Assembly: GCA_951406725.2 (NCBI GenBank)
Contig: OX597824.1
Location: 58,094,001 to 58,158,000 of the forward strand
Reading direction: 5' to 3'
Length of the DNA: 64,000 nt
Source: Octopus vulgaris
Taxonomy: Eukaryota
The notes beneath the pieces were generated by a model that was not told the origin of the DNA, ran no database searches, and was given only the letters and a program-made list of their open reading frames with translations. The position numbers and the translations under genes were made by a program. The stretch's first letter is position 1. Each line of letters starts with the position of its first letter. This document shows, piece by piece, positions 42,408 to 58,594 of the stretch.

Positions 42408-42618
42408 CATATATATATATTAACACACACACACACACATATATATATATAAATATATATAATATACATATAGGAGGGATAACCACTAAGTGAAGATCCC
42501 TCTTATATGTATGTAATATAATTTTTCTGATTCTTCAGATTTATCTATATGCTAGTCCACTGGTTTTAAATTGATATTAATCAAATTAATATTCAATGTT
42601 TCACCCTTATTATTTTAA

Positions 42619-42681
<63 letters not shown>

Positions 42682-42685
42682 TCAT

Positions 42686-42741
42686 TTGATGATTTCATTT
42701 GAATGAAACAGTTCTAGTCCTGTAGAAGCTCCTTCTATAAA

Positions 42742-42747
<6 letters not shown>
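42686..42747 (+). ncRNA. Degenerate copy of the 56682 hammerhead family
   Basis: TTGATGA TTTC ATTT GAAT GAAA CAG TTCTAGTC CTG TA GAAGCTCCTTCTATA; core C3 mutated and the 5' strand of stem I lost. Confidence 0.65.
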
Positions 42748-42781
<34 letters not shown>

Positions 42782-43045
42782 ACATGGAGACATACATTCA
42801 TATATACACTTCTATCGAACAGTGAGAATGAGTGCTCAAACCTGCATTGGAGGATAAATATTCTAAAGATGTGGGCTAACAAGTTTATTGTTGGTTGTCC
42901 CGAGGGAATCTTCTCATCCTATATGGAGGTGCGCGTGGCACGCTTGATAATTGTACAGAAATTTCCTTCGGCGTGAAACCAGTGGTATTCTTCCTAATTC
43001 ACAAATAGTGTGTGTGTGTGAGTGCCTGCCTGTGTGCGTGTGTGA

Positions 43046-43137
<92 letters not shown>

Positions 43138-43818
43138 AGATAGATATATATATATAGATAGTTAGAAAGATAGATAGAAAGATACACACACATATATATA
43201 CATATACATATATATATATGTATATATCTATATATATATATATATATACATATATATATGTGTCTGTGTGTGTGTTTGTGTGTGTATATTTGAGTGCGTG
43301 CGTGTGTGCGCGTCTACGTTCGTGTGGGAGCGTATACATACATACATATGTATATATATGTATATAATATGTATATATGTATAGGTACATTATATATATA
43401 TATATATATATATATAATTGATATAGGATCGAGACGCATAAATTTAATGGTTATCGACAAATTTTTGGTTTCAGCGTATCTGGCATTAGAATTTTTCTTC
43501 TGCCCTTATCTTGTATATATATATATATATATATACTGTCTTCTTTGGACACGGAATTTCAGTTTTTTCTCTCCTCAAGGACCTACCATTACATAAAGGT
43601 TCCATCTGTTGACCATGATTAGAAAACAGAGCAGTCTTACCACATTTGTGTTCCTTGTAACATATTGTTCAACCCCTCAATACTGAGCCCGTACAACCAC
43701 CTCTACCACCACTACCGCCACCACCTTCCGTCTGTAAGAGTCACTAAGCACTTATAGTTCATTTCATAATTAGACATATATTAAATAAATTAATGAATTT
43801 ATAAAGAGTGCAATGGGG

Positions 43819-43858
<40 letters not shown>

Positions 43859-44155
43859 GAGAGTTCGTGTGTGTGTGTGTGTTTTGTGTTTGTTTGTGGT
43901 AAGCTTGTCGTATTAATTCACTTTGTCATTTGGCTGTTGTTGTGTGTCCCAAAGCTTACGTCAAATGATGTATGTATGTGATATTCGGATATTGCGTCTC
44001 CCTTAAGATTATCCTCATAGTACAAGTAACTGCCGAACCAGACCAGTATGTGTGTGTAAGTGCCTGCTTAAAGCAAATATACATATATATGTACATTCAC
44101 TCCCTCTCACACACACACACACACACGGACACACACTCACTCACACACACATACA

Positions 44156-44216
<61 letters not shown>

Positions 44217-44257
44217 GTTGTTGTTGTTGTTGTTGTTATCATTATTATGACTGTAAT

Positions 44258-44480
44258 GGTACAAGGCTTGGTGGTCAGGGAGTTGCACTCACAGTTGTTA
44301 GACGCGTGTTCGATTTCCGGAGGGTGCGACACGTTATTTTCTTGAGTAAAACTCTTTATTTCACACTCTTCCAGTCCACTCAGCTGCAAATGGGACTCTT
44401 CGATCGGGAGGAATCGAATTATTCGAAAGTCAAAACAATAAAGAGCGCATTGTGACCAACGATGAATAACGATATCCTAT
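44258..44480 (+). mobile_element. Old tRNA-derived SINE (third family)
   Basis: A-box-like GGCTTGGTGG, B-box GTTCGATTTCC, central CTTGAGTAAAACTCTT...CCAGTCCACTCAGCTGCAAATGGG domain. Confidence 0.55.
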
Positions 44481-44572
44481 AGTTTTGTCGAGGCCGTAAA
44501 CCATGATTATTATTATTGTTGTTGTTGTTGTTGTTGTTATTATTATTATTATTATCATTATTATTATTATCA

Positions 44573-44688
<116 letters not shown>

Positions 44689-45511
44689 TAAAACAGTTTG
44701 ATTCGGTCCCATGCAACTTACACACGGCGTATGTTGATGTATGTATGAATGTATGTATTCTTAGAAATATGTTACATAAAGTTTCGTAGGATCCTTGCAG
44801 AAAATTTGCTCGTCGGACTCAAGTAGCTGAATCAGGATTCTTCTTCTACATGAGTCCGACAAGCTAGTTGCCCCAGCATAGCCGCTGCCCATTGGCTGTA
44901 ATAATTAAAAGACACTCATATATACATGCGTTTGTACACACACACACACACGTTAGTACTCGTATGTGCAGAGGCAGCGATAGAACTTGATTAAGAATGT
45001 AATCTTCGAAACTCAGATAAGAATTGTTTTAACTTACAGAGAATATTACACCTATATTGAGTACTTTTGTATTGCGTTTCTCCTCTTTTGGTCGTAATTT
45101 AAACACATGTTGTGTTGGTAAGATATTTTATTAAGTCCGGATTACGGCATTAAAGTATTTAGTTATACATATCGTACAATAATGTACATAAACTGTGAAT
45201 ATACCAACATATATATACGTCCATGCCTATGCATGCACACACGCGCACACATATGGTTCTAATTGTCATTCCATGTGCGAGTTTGCTTATAAACACGTGT
45301 GTAGATATATAGATATCAGTATATATAAACATGTGTATGTATTAGGTAGCAAATATATAAATATAGTATATGTACAGCATATACATATAGAAATAGATAG
45401 ATTTATATATATATATATATATATATATATCTGTCTATCTCTATATGTATATGCTGTACATATTATTCTATATTTATATATATACTACCTAATACATACA
45501 TACATACATAC

Positions 45512-45565
<54 letters not shown>

Positions 45566-45599
45566 TTATACCCTGAAGGCCTTAGACTTGGTGTGTGCA

Positions 45600-45650
<51 letters not shown>

Positions 45651-45892
45651 TATATATATATATATATATATAATATATGATATACATATATAGCGTACAT
45701 ATATATATATGCATGTGTGTGTATATTTATATATATATATGATATATATAGTGTGTATATATATAACAAATATATAATATACATAGCATATACATATATG
45801 TATGTGTGTACACACACACACGTGGTTATTTGACTTGTAACTATTGCCGCTGGTGCTTACACCTCAAACATGTTTCTTAATCCTTTTAATAT

Positions 45893-45923
<31 letters not shown>

Positions 45924-46034
45924 ATGTATGTATGTATGTATGTATGTATGTATGTACGTATGTATGTATGTATGTATGTATGTATGTGTGTATGTATGTA
46001 TGTATGTATGTATGTATGTGTGTATGTATGTATG

Positions 46035-46074
<40 letters not shown>

Positions 46075-46273
46075 CATGTATGTATATATACATGTATGCA
46101 TGTATGTATATATGTGTGTATGCGTGTGTATGTTGTTTTATGTGCATATATGTGCTTGTGTATGTGTGGATGTATCAACATCTAAAAACTGTGAACATGA
46201 TTAAGGTAAAACTTCTGTTACATCATTACAATTCCTAATCGTTCATTTGTAACTAACTTTCTTCCTTCTTCAG

Positions 46274-46341
46274 GTTACAATTCAGGAACTGCTCTTCTAC
46301 CACCAACCATATTTTATATTATTTTATTTGCATTAGTTTAA
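46274..46341 (+). CDS. Candidate terminal exon encoding a GPI-anchor-like signal (xYNSGTALLPPTIFYIILFALV*)
   Basis: Strong acceptor: branch ACTAAC + tttcttccttcttcag. The phase 1 frame gives small residues NSG, a spacer, a hydrophobic tail and a stop, followed by AT-rich UTR-like sequence. Confidence 0.42.
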
Positions 46342-46688
46342 TTTTATTAATTTCATTTTATTTTATTTTGTGGAATGTATGTGTTAATGAAACCTTGATT
46401 AATAATATTTTATTACCGAAGTAATTGACGCAAAAAAAAAAAAGAACTGAGGAGCACTTCGTGACCTCAACTTAAAATGCTGGCTTTCATTTCATTTTAA
46501 CCGATTTATACATTAGTTACATCACCGACCACCTTAGATGAAGAGTGCGCGCCATGACATTCAGCATAAAGAAGATCACTTCGAATGTTCTTGATGCTAC
46601 TCATTTTTATTAAATAATCCCGTGTCTTCACGTTCTCAGTTCGGTTCTCGCCAAGGTCGACGTCATTGTTCATACAAACAATGTGGAC

Positions 46689-46760
<72 letters not shown>

Positions 46761-46909
46761 GCGCATATATATAACAATACACTTATTAACATATATGCAC
46801 ATACATATTTATGTGTTTATATATATACATACATATATATATGTATGTGTATATATTTATATATGTACATATATGTATGTGTGTGTATATGTATAATTAT
46901 ATATATATA

Positions 46910-46962
<53 letters not shown>

Positions 46963-47133
46963 ATATATATGTATATATATATGTATATATATATATGAGT
47001 GTGTGTGTATCAGCCGAAATTACTACGATGATCCGGTTCTTGACTGAAGACTGAGGGTTTCGAATGTCCTGTCCGTGTTTATTGTGTCGTCTTCTAAGAG
47101 TTATACGTTCTTGTCCATGTTGTATTTTTCTAC

Positions 47134-47188
<55 letters not shown>

Positions 47189-47874
47189 ATATATATATAC
47201 ATACAGTTTCTGCGTATTTCAGTCTCTATACATACATACATATTATATGTACACATACCGTATAGATTATGCATGTGTATGAATATATTGTATATCTATA
47301 GTTGCCTTTCGTTTATTTTTTTTTATCATGTTGCTTCTGGCAGTTAATTAAGTGAGGTTATGCTGGACTCCCGCTTTAAAGAGCTTAGGGGATAACATCA
47401 ACCCCTAGTTCTTATGTTCTTCGTGTTTTTGCGTATTTTGCTCTTTTGAAATGAGGCTCAGTTGCTGGACCGTAAACACATCAGCGGTGGTTGTTAAGGT
47501 GGTAGAAAGCTAACTCCCCAGTCTGCCCATCAACACACGCGTGCATTCACACGACAAGCTTTTGCCCAGTTCCCGTCCAATTTTTACTGGCGAGTTAGTT
47601 TGTCGGTCCACATATTTAGTAGAAGGGGTTTGCTGTGACTGAACTCAAAAGCTCGTTGTTTGATGCAAAATTCTTTGCCACTCTACAATAACTGATTGTA
47701 TCTCACGTGTATATAAATGTACATATATACGTATATGTATGCCTATAAGTGTGTATGTGCGTGTGTGCGCGCGCGCGTACACACATACACACACACACTA
47801 CAAGAAATCAAATACTGGCCGATCCAATAGAATCCGGCGTCTGGAGTCTTGCACTGTTTGTACATACATGCATG

Positions 47875-47926
<52 letters not shown>

Positions 47927-48239
47927 CATACATACATACATGCATGCATACATACATACATACATACATGCATACATACATATATGTATGTATATATATT
48001 CATATATATATGTGTAAATATGTCTATATATCCACAAATACTGTATGCGAGTGCGTATCTCTGTTTATGTATGTTTTTTAACTTCTTGGTGTCAGTTAGT
48101 GCACTATGGCCATACTGGGGCGGCACCATCGTGGTTTTAACCGATTACCTCTTCAAATTAGAAATGGACTGAAGGTTGTATCTAGCTATTCCCCATGAAA
48201 TGAGGAATAGGTAGAACCTACAGACGGATTATCTTTGTA

Positions 48240-49340
48240 ATGATAACTACAAAAAATCTACTCCAAATTATAAATCGTATAAATCGGAACCCGAGCAGGT
48301 GTAGCAAAAAAAAAAAAATTGGATTCAGATATATTCGACCTAGTATTGGACAGATCTTAACAGCACACAGACAAACCCCCACCTTGACAGGCTACCCAAC
48401 CAAAGCAATAACATTCAGATTCTGCTGATGAGATTGCTCTGTTTAGAGTCATCATCTTAGAAGGAACCACTCTTATACATGATGTTGAGAAAATGGTTCG
48501 AGATATTGGTGTTGCTATGTCAACGTCTCAAAGACTGACTACATCTGCTTTAATCAGGAGGAATTAGGAAGCATAATTAAACAACCATCAACGCCTAAAA
48601 TCTTTAAACTTTTTCGTATTTTTAGGAAGCAACATCGTACCTAAAGAAAAAATATTGTAGAACTTCGTCTCGCAGAAACTTGGGTAGTTCTTGATGGGCT
48701 CAGTGTCATTTGAAAGTCATCACTACTAGATGAGTTTAAAGGAAATTTTTTCTATGCTACTCTGGTAGAATCAGTTCTATTCTATGAGCCTACTACTTGG
48801 ACATACACCAAACATCTGAAGACTTGTTTTGGTGGTATTTATTATCACAACTTTCGATCCATTCTGAATATCTCCAAGAGAAAACATCCAGCCTGACAAG
48901 AACTGCACAGCGATATTCCTGCAATCATGGGAGTCATTAGAGCGGGAGTTCTCAACCATTTTTTTACCTATGAAACTCTTTGATTATTGGTTTGATTATT
49001 ATTTTAATCCGGTAGAGCCTCACAGCCATTTGATATTTAAAAGCTAGTTTAATAGAAACTTCTTTCCAAATTCCTATTTTGTTTTTCACACATTAAGCTG
49101 TGTAAGTAGAACTATGTAAAATGTTTCTTGCAATACATACCAATACATACATTTTAACCAAATCTTTTCAGGAGCCCTTAAGATACTATTGTGGATTCAC
49201 GATTTACTATTTTGTTGTGTGAACCCCCAAACATGTTACATAGACCCTCAGGGCACTAATTATATGGACCTGTGTTGAGAACCACTGTATTTGAGAGTGG
49301 CGCATGCGATTGGCTGGACATTACTGGAAAGTTAACAACT
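48240..49340 (+). pseudogene. RTE-clade LINE RT fragment, split by a hAT MITE
   Basis: DSADEIALF (cf. DFADDIALL), LVESVLFYEPTTWTYTK..FRSILNISKRKHP, and after the insertion RMRLAGHYW. Confidence 0.82.
48943..49287. mobile_element. hAT (Charlie-like) MITE
   Basis: TIRs CGGGAGTTCTCAAC / GTTGAGAACCACTG; 8 bp flanks CATTAGAG / TATTTGAG (6 of 8 match); the RTE frame resumes after it. Confidence 0.75.
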
Positions 49341-49854
49341 TACTACAGAAACATTTTTCTACACTACCAACATATATATACGTGGGTCAGTTTTGTGTAG
49401 ACATGGGGTGTCACTCTGCTGGCAGTGATGGGTGACGGGATCGAGTCAGGTTAATCCAAGAAAGTTAATTCTAGATAATCACATACATGCTACTGAATTT
49501 GTATGGTTTTGCATTTATCCCATTGCTTCTTTTTGCGAATTACTAATGCGAATCACGTTGCAACATAACGAAATGTGGTGTAAAAATAATCACAGAGGCC
49601 CATGCCTACACACAAACACACACATATATACACACATACATATTCAAACACATTATGTATACACATAATGAATACACATACAAACGCAAACACGCACGAA
49701 CACGTTAGTATGTAATATACCGGTACATACACACATACGCACGCATAATTAAAAGCATATATACTGAAAAAAAGAAACTCATGTAAATATACATACAAAT
49801 GTATGTGTGCATATATATATATATATATCTGTGTGTGTATACACACACACACAT

Positions 49855-49990
49855 AGCGGTTCGGCAAAAGAGACCGATAGAATAAGTACTAGACTTACAA
49901 AGAATAAGTTATGGGGTCGATTTGCTCGACTAAAGACTGTGCTCCAGTATGGCCGCAGTCAAATTACTGAAACAATTAAAAAAGAATAAT
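49855..49990 (+). mobile_element. SINE family A 3' half
   Basis: Right body and tail. Confidence 0.8.
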
Positions 49991-49991
49991 A

Positions 49992-50030
<39 letters not shown>

Positions 50031-50354
50031 TAATTCAGAAATTGTTCAATCCAAAACTATCTGAATTATTTTATGAAATATTGGTCAGTCCAAATCTCTG
50101 GATTTCAACCTTTGTATATTATAAGGTGATGATTCAGAGTGGATGGACGTATTTGACTTCTATTTCTAGCATATAGACATGATAGCTTCTGTGCCTTTAA
50201 TTATAATTGTATTCTATACAATTATATATCTCTAAATATGAATTTTAATGAAAAGGTTATTTTTATATATGCTGTCCACTGATAAAATACATTAATTTTA
50301 GTGGGGTTATCCTTTAATTATGTACAGAAACACACACACACACACATATATGCA

Positions 50355-50417
<63 letters not shown>

Positions 50418-50642
50418 ATAATTTGACAACTCCACTAGAGCGGACGAACGCGTTAATATATGATGTATGATTTATAAAAACATGTAACATGCTAATAAAT
50501 ATCTGTAAATATAAAATCATCCAGATTTCTGAGTACCACATTTCTTTAAATATATTTAAATATATACACAGACACTTACACATATCTATAAGCGTATATC
50601 TATATACACATATGGATGTTATAGTATATATATATATGTATG

Positions 50643-50714
<72 letters not shown>

Positions 50715-50936
50715 TATATATATATTCTTTTACTTGTTTCCGTCATTTGATTGCGGCCATGCTGGAGCACCGCCTTTAGTCGAAAAAAATCGACTCCAGG
50801 TGTTAGTCCTTGTAAGCCTAAAACATATTCTGTCGGTCTCGTGGATGTATGTGTGTATATCTATATTTTCAAGTGTATATACATACGTACATAAATAGAT
50901 GTATGTATGTATGTATGTATATATATATGTATGTAT

Positions 50937-50974
<38 letters not shown>

Positions 50975-51398
50975 GGTACAACGTGTGTGTGAATCGTGTT
51001 TTGATAATGTGTATATAATTGGTTAGATAAGGGTAACTATATGTACGTATGTATTTATGTAGGTAGGTTGGTAGTTAGGGAGATAAGTGTATATATATGC
51101 ACGGTATGAAGAATCGATGGAAAAAAAGGAAAAGAGAGATTTCCGAGAGTGAAGAGGAAAGAGCTCTTTGGTGATCTCTAAGTGATCACCACGGAGGGTA
51201 CTGAGCAAAATTTGTGACAAAATAACACAATCTACCTTCAGACGTCTTGAGTACCTTTTTGATTTGTAGATGCGCGCGCGCACACACACACACACAGACA
51301 AACACATACATACAGACGTACATACACATACATTTATGTGTGTATATATAAATATATGCTTGCGTATATACATTTTTGCATATATATATATGTAGGTG

Positions 51399-51453
<55 letters not shown>

Positions 51454-51696
51454 TTTTATATATAAATCTAATTTGTTTAAGTACATAATTATAAAACACA
51501 ATTATAATTAAAAGCTCTGGAATGCCAGCGCCTATACGCTAAAACTATATGTCAAATACCTACAATCCACTCTAAGTTTGTTCTCTCTTCATAACCCTAG
51601 GTCGGATGCGAGGTAATGGTCAGGAAAATTTACAAAATATCGTATAATCCTATACATACATACATATATATATGTTTGTGTATATATATATGTGTG

Positions 51697-51779
<83 letters not shown>

Positions 51780-51814
51780 GTATGTATATATATATATATA
51801 TATTTAAATGTATT

Positions 51815-51902
<88 letters not shown>

Positions 51903-51914
51903 CATACATCTGTA

Positions 51915-52009
<95 letters not shown>

Positions 52010-52465
52010 CGTTGCTATCCCAATTTGGCCAAATGCGTTATTTTTTCAATATTTATTTTTAGTTGCAATAGCCGGTTCTTTTGGTCAAGCTAGCCTATCT
52101 CCAGCTGTTTCAGATGCCAAGATATCAAAAATTGGCAAAGTCTAGCACAACGGTTTTGCTATGGAATGAACCTGTTTCTTCGTTTGCTGAAAATGCAGCG
52201 TTTTCGACTTACAACACTTTTGTATAATAGCAATTATATATATATTTTAATAATATAAAATTATTATTAATATAAGGAAATTAATATCCAAACCCATCAT
52301 AAAGTGTGAAAGAACTTATTGTATTAAAAATATATATAAATACATAAATATAAAAACATAAATATAATGTATAAAATAAATTTGATAGTTTAAAAGTTTG
52401 ATCGTTTCGCAGAGGAGTTGTCCCTATAAGGAAATCCTATATTGATAAGCATTTATAGACAACTC

Positions 52466-52531
<66 letters not shown>

Positions 52532-52555
52532 ATATATATCTGTGTGTGTGTGTGG

Positions 52556-53187
<632 letters not shown>

Positions 53188-53242
53188 AATATATAGATAG
53201 ATGGATATAGATATATATGTATATGCCTGTACATATACATAC

Positions 53243-53275
<33 letters not shown>

Positions 53276-53389
53276 GATAGATAGATATATTTATATACAT
53301 ATATGTTTACATGTATGTGTGTGTGTGTGTTTGAGCGTGTGTATGTATTTATATATATATATATATATATATATTTATTATATAGAAGG

Positions 53390-53440
53390 AGCTTCTACAG
53401 GACTAGTACTGTTTCATTCAAGAGAAATCTTCAGGAAGCT
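53390..53440 (-). ncRNA. Type I hammerhead ribozyme (left arm)
   Basis: Minus strand AGCUUC CUGAAGA UUUC-UCUU-GAAU GAAA CAG-UACUAGUC-CUG UA GAAGCU; identical to 56682-56732. Confidence 0.82.
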
Positions 53441-54714
53441 ATTTAACAAGAATTGTATTAGCATTTATACATTTAGGCAGGTTTAAAGGAGTGGTGGTGG
53501 GGGACTTTTTGGGGGTAGGCATAGCGCAAAATATCATACTTGGGGGAGTGGTCAAGGAGTCAGTGGTAAGTTAGATGAAAGAATAGATAAATAAAATAAT
53601 AAAAAATAAAAAAATAAAATAAAAAATAAAAAAATAAAAAATATAAAAAATATATATAAAAAAATATATATATAAAATATATATATATAAAAAAATGGGG
53701 GATAGAGTTATAGGTAAATAAGGAGATTCTCACTTATACCTATACACACATGTATACGTATCTACACATACATACATACACATATATATACACACACATA
53801 TATATGTATATATATATATATATATATATACATATACATATGTACACACATACATACATATCTACATACACACATACATACACCCGCCCACATATACAAA
53901 TTTATACACATGCACATGCCTATACCTGTCTACACATACACACACGTATATATGCATACACTCACTCCCATGCATGCACGCATACACACATGTATATATA
54001 TATATATATATACCCACGACCACACATACATATATACACATAAAAATATATATTCATACGCACATACACTCATGCACACACAACACACCTAGTTCCCTAT
54101 ATACACATATTTACACCTATATATACATACACCCACATACACCTATGTACACATATATATATATAAACATATACACGCATACATATATATACATGTGTGC
54201 ACATACATACATACACACATATATACATACACATACACATACACATGTGTACCTATACATACCTACACATACACACATACATACATACAAATATACATAT
54301 ACATATATATATATACAATCCAATACAGGCCCATTCCCTAATTTTAATTTTATTATCTTCATTTATTACTTTTGTTATCTTTGATCGCTAGGGCTAAGAA
54401 TCCTGGCAATGGCTGCATGTCCATTTGTCTGTCTACTAGAAGGCAAGTACTCATTCCCGCACGCACACTCATTAGCACGTACATTCACCCATTCGTACAC
54501 TCATACACATACACGTACGCACGCGTTATATTCATACATACAAACATCTACATACGTTCACGTATATACACATACGTACTCGTACCTACAGATTCGTGTC
54601 TACACTTTAGGAGGCTAGTCTATACATATACACCAATAAATATACATATATATATATATATACACGCATATACATACACACACACACATATATACTCCTA
54701 CATACAGATACATA

Positions 54715-54762
<48 letters not shown>

Positions 54763-54936
54763 CATACACATACACACATACATATACACACACATACATA
54801 CACATATATATACATACACAAACATATATACACACATATATATATACATACACACATACACACATACATACGTATACATACATACATACATCCATACATC
54901 CATACTTACATGCATTTATACGCATACACACACCCA

Positions 54937-54971
<35 letters not shown>

Positions 54972-55248
54972 TCACACATACATATACAAATCTACGCACA
55001 CACATACATACATACACGCATACGCATACACGCACATACACATATACATGCGTACCCATACACGTGCACACACGCACGCGCATCCATATATATACACACA
55101 CACACATATATATACACGTGTGCAAGCATACATACATACTCATACGCGCACACATACTTACAAATACATATATGCACACACTTACACACATATATATACA
55201 TACACATATACATGCATACATACATATATGCATACATACACACACGCA

Positions 55249-55290
<42 letters not shown>

Positions 55291-55353
55291 TATATACATA
55301 TATAGATATATATACACATACATACACATACACATACATACACACATATACAC

Positions 55354-55384
<31 letters not shown>

Positions 55385-55588
55385 TACATATATACACATA
55401 TACATACATATACATACACACACACATACATATATACATATACACTGATACACATACCCATACATACACATGCATATACTTATATCACTACATACTCACA
55501 TATATAAACATATATACATATACACACATACATATATACATGTACATACACATACGTATGCATATATATATATATACATCTATATACA

Positions 55589-55625
<37 letters not shown>

Positions 55626-56288
55626 TACATATACACATATACATGTATACATACGCAAAAATGATACACATATATACACATACACACACACAGACAGATG
55701 CATATACATACATATATATCAGGATTCTTAGCCCTAGCGATCAAAGATAACAAAAGTAATAAATGAAGATAATAAAATTAAAATTAGGGAATGGGCCTGT
55801 ATTGGATTGTATATATATATATGTATATGTATATTTGTATGTATGTATGTGTGTATGTGTAGGTATGTATAGGTACACATGTGTATGTGTATGTGTATGT
55901 ATATATGTGTGTATGTATGTATGTGCACACATGTATATATATGTATGCGTGTATATGTTTATATATATATATGTGTACATAGGTGTATGTGGGTGTATGT
56001 ATATATAGGTGTAAATATGTGTATATAGGGAACTAGGTGTGTTGTGTGTGCATGAGTGTATGTGCGTATGAATATATATTTTTATGTGTATATATGTATG
56101 TGTGGTCGTGGGTATATATATATATATATATACATGTGTGTTTGCGTGCATGCATGGGAGTGAGTGTATGCATATATACGTGTGTGTATGTGTAGACAGG
56201 TATAGGCATGTGCATGTGTATAAATTTGTATATGTGGGCGGGTGTATGTATGTGTGTATGTAGATATGTATGTATGTGTGTACATATG

Positions 56289-56337
<49 letters not shown>

Positions 56338-56681
56338 ATATATATGTGTATGTATGTATGTGTGTGTAGATACGTATACATGTGTGTATAGGTATAAGTG
56401 AGAATCTCCTTATTTACCTATAACTCTATCCCCCATTTTTTTATATATATATTTTATATATATATTTTTTTATATATATTTTTTATATTTTTTATTTTTT
56501 TATTTTTTTTTTTTATTTTTTATTATTTTATTTATCTATTCTTTCATCTAACTTACCACTGACTCCTTGACCACTCCCCCAAGTATGATATTTTGCGCTA
56601 TGCCTACCCCCAAAAAGTCCCCCACCACCACTCCTTTAAACCTGCCTAAATGTATAAATGCTAATACAATTCTTGTTAAAT

Positions 56682-56732
56682 AGCTTCCTGAAGATTTCTC
56701 TTGAATGAAACAGTACTAGTCCTGTAGAAGCT
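56682..56732 (+). ncRNA. Type I hammerhead ribozyme (right arm)
   Basis: Stem I AGCUUC/GAAGCU; core CUGAAGA(56688-94); short stem II with U-U closing pair; GAAA(56707-10); stem III ACAG/CUGU with palindromic loop ACUAGU; GUA ending at 56726. Confidence 0.82.
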
Positions 56733-56815
56733 CCTTCTATATAATAAATTAATTTTACTCTGCTATGTATTGAGTACCTTACTTACTGTGGTTAACCCCG
56801 AATCAACCCGGGACC

Positions 56816-56851
<36 letters not shown>

Positions 56852-57339
56852 TCAATACCCGTGAATCTATTTGTAGCATGTCAGTGAAATCTGAAAGAAA
56901 AGGATTATATGCGGAAGCATTTCGTATACAAACACCGCACACACATACGCACAGATGTAGATCCAAGCGCACGCGTGCAATTCTTAATAGAAAGAACCAG
57001 TTTTGTTGGTGTTGTTTTAAGGCAAAAGAAAGCGGAAGCCAAGTGTTAAAGAAGGGCTGAGCACGATATGTTTTAGGGGTCTGAAGCGGTAGACTCGCTT
57101 ATTTAAAAATAACTCAAGGAAAACAAAAACACGCACATATAACAACACGTCTTTTTTACGCGTGAATGCACGCCTTTAATCCTGTGTGTGCGTGTATGTT
57201 TGTCATCTACACAAACACACGCATATAGATGTGTGTATGTTTCTCGTCCCTTTTACGAGTAAAGTTTTCTATGTAAATCTAATTATACATACAGATGTTT
57301 TTACTGGTACTTATTTCTATGCATGCTTATATATATACA

Positions 57340-57384
<45 letters not shown>

Positions 57385-57711
57385 GCACACACACACATGT
57401 ATATATATACACACATATGCATATGTATATGCCCTATCACAGACACAGATGCATGTATGTATGTATGTACGTATGTATGTATGTATGTATGTATGTATGT
57501 ATGCATGTATGTATGTATGTATGTATGTATGCATGTATGTATGTATAAGCCTGTGTGTGTGACTGTGTGTAACAAAAAGTGCACCTATACGTAAATGCTA
57601 TAAAAAAGGAATTGACTACATTTATGAAATATGTGATGCGTGCGCCACATACACACATGCACACACATTCACATTGTGGTTCTGACACACACACAATCAT
57701 ATATACATTTG

Positions 57712-57867
57712 TAGTGGCTGTGTGGTAAGTAGCGTACTTACTAACTACACGGTCCTGGGTTCAGTCCCACTGCGTGGCTCCTTGGGCAAGTGTCCTCTAC
57801 TATAGCCTTGGGCTGACCAAAACCTTGTGAGTGAATTTGGTAGACGGAAACTGAAAGAAGCCAGTAG

Positions 57868-57925
<58 letters not shown>

Positions 57926-57985
57926 TATGTGTGTGTGCTCCGGCATGGCCGCAGTCGGGTGACTGAAATATGAAAAAAGAGTAAA
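57712..57985 (+). mobile_element. SINE family A, right body deleted
   Basis: Head, left body and tail. Confidence 0.8.
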
Positions 57986-58328
57986 CGTACATATTACATA
58001 TTACATGCATGCATCATACATACACATGCATATATATGTGTATATATATATACTTGTATATATATATGTGTTTGTGTATGTATATTTATAGATGATTATA
58101 AATATGTATGTATATGTGTGTGTAAACACACTCACACGCACATACAGACAGACACACACACATACTTATTGCACATGTATAAAGTTACAAAAATACACAC
58201 CCACGCAGGCCCGGAAGCTGCTTCATATTTTCATAATAATAATTCCATGTAAACAAAACCACCGTACAAATGAAATAAAGCAATGTTTACAATCTACACA
58301 CATGCACAGATGTAGAGATCATTACACA

Positions 58329-58401
<73 letters not shown>

Positions 58402-58404
<3 letters not shown>

Positions 58405-58557
58405 TGGCTGTGTGGTAAGTAGCTTGCAAACCAACCTCATGGTTCCGGGTTCAGTCCCACTGCGTGGCATCTTGGGCAAGTGTCTTCTGCTATAGCCCCG
58501 GGCCGACCAATGCCTTGTGAGTGGATTTGGTAGACGGAAACTGAAAGAAGCCTGTCG

Positions 58558-58594
<37 letters not shown>

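Larger units (their letters stand above)
53373..56818. mobile_element. Non-coding PLE-like foldback element: ~1030 bp inverted arms (53373-54405 / 55720-56749), 1.3 kb spacer, 70 nt 3' extension
   Basis: Arms are near-exact reverse complements (mirror ORFs appear in the track); each ends in a hammerhead followed by AATAAA. Confidence 0.85.

Noticed and set aside
43579-43733. AG/GT-bounded segment as a coding exon
   Set aside because: Stops in all three frames.
52090-52145. Minus-strand GAAACAGCTG with a GCCAA/TTGGC hairpin as a hammerhead
   Set aside because: CUGANGA core and NUH triplet are absent; too degenerate to call.
54372-55448. 358 aa ORF inside the large foldback as an encoded protein
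   Set aside because: Mostly CA/TA repeat translation; the short complex N-terminus has no convincing RT or GIY-YIG motif.
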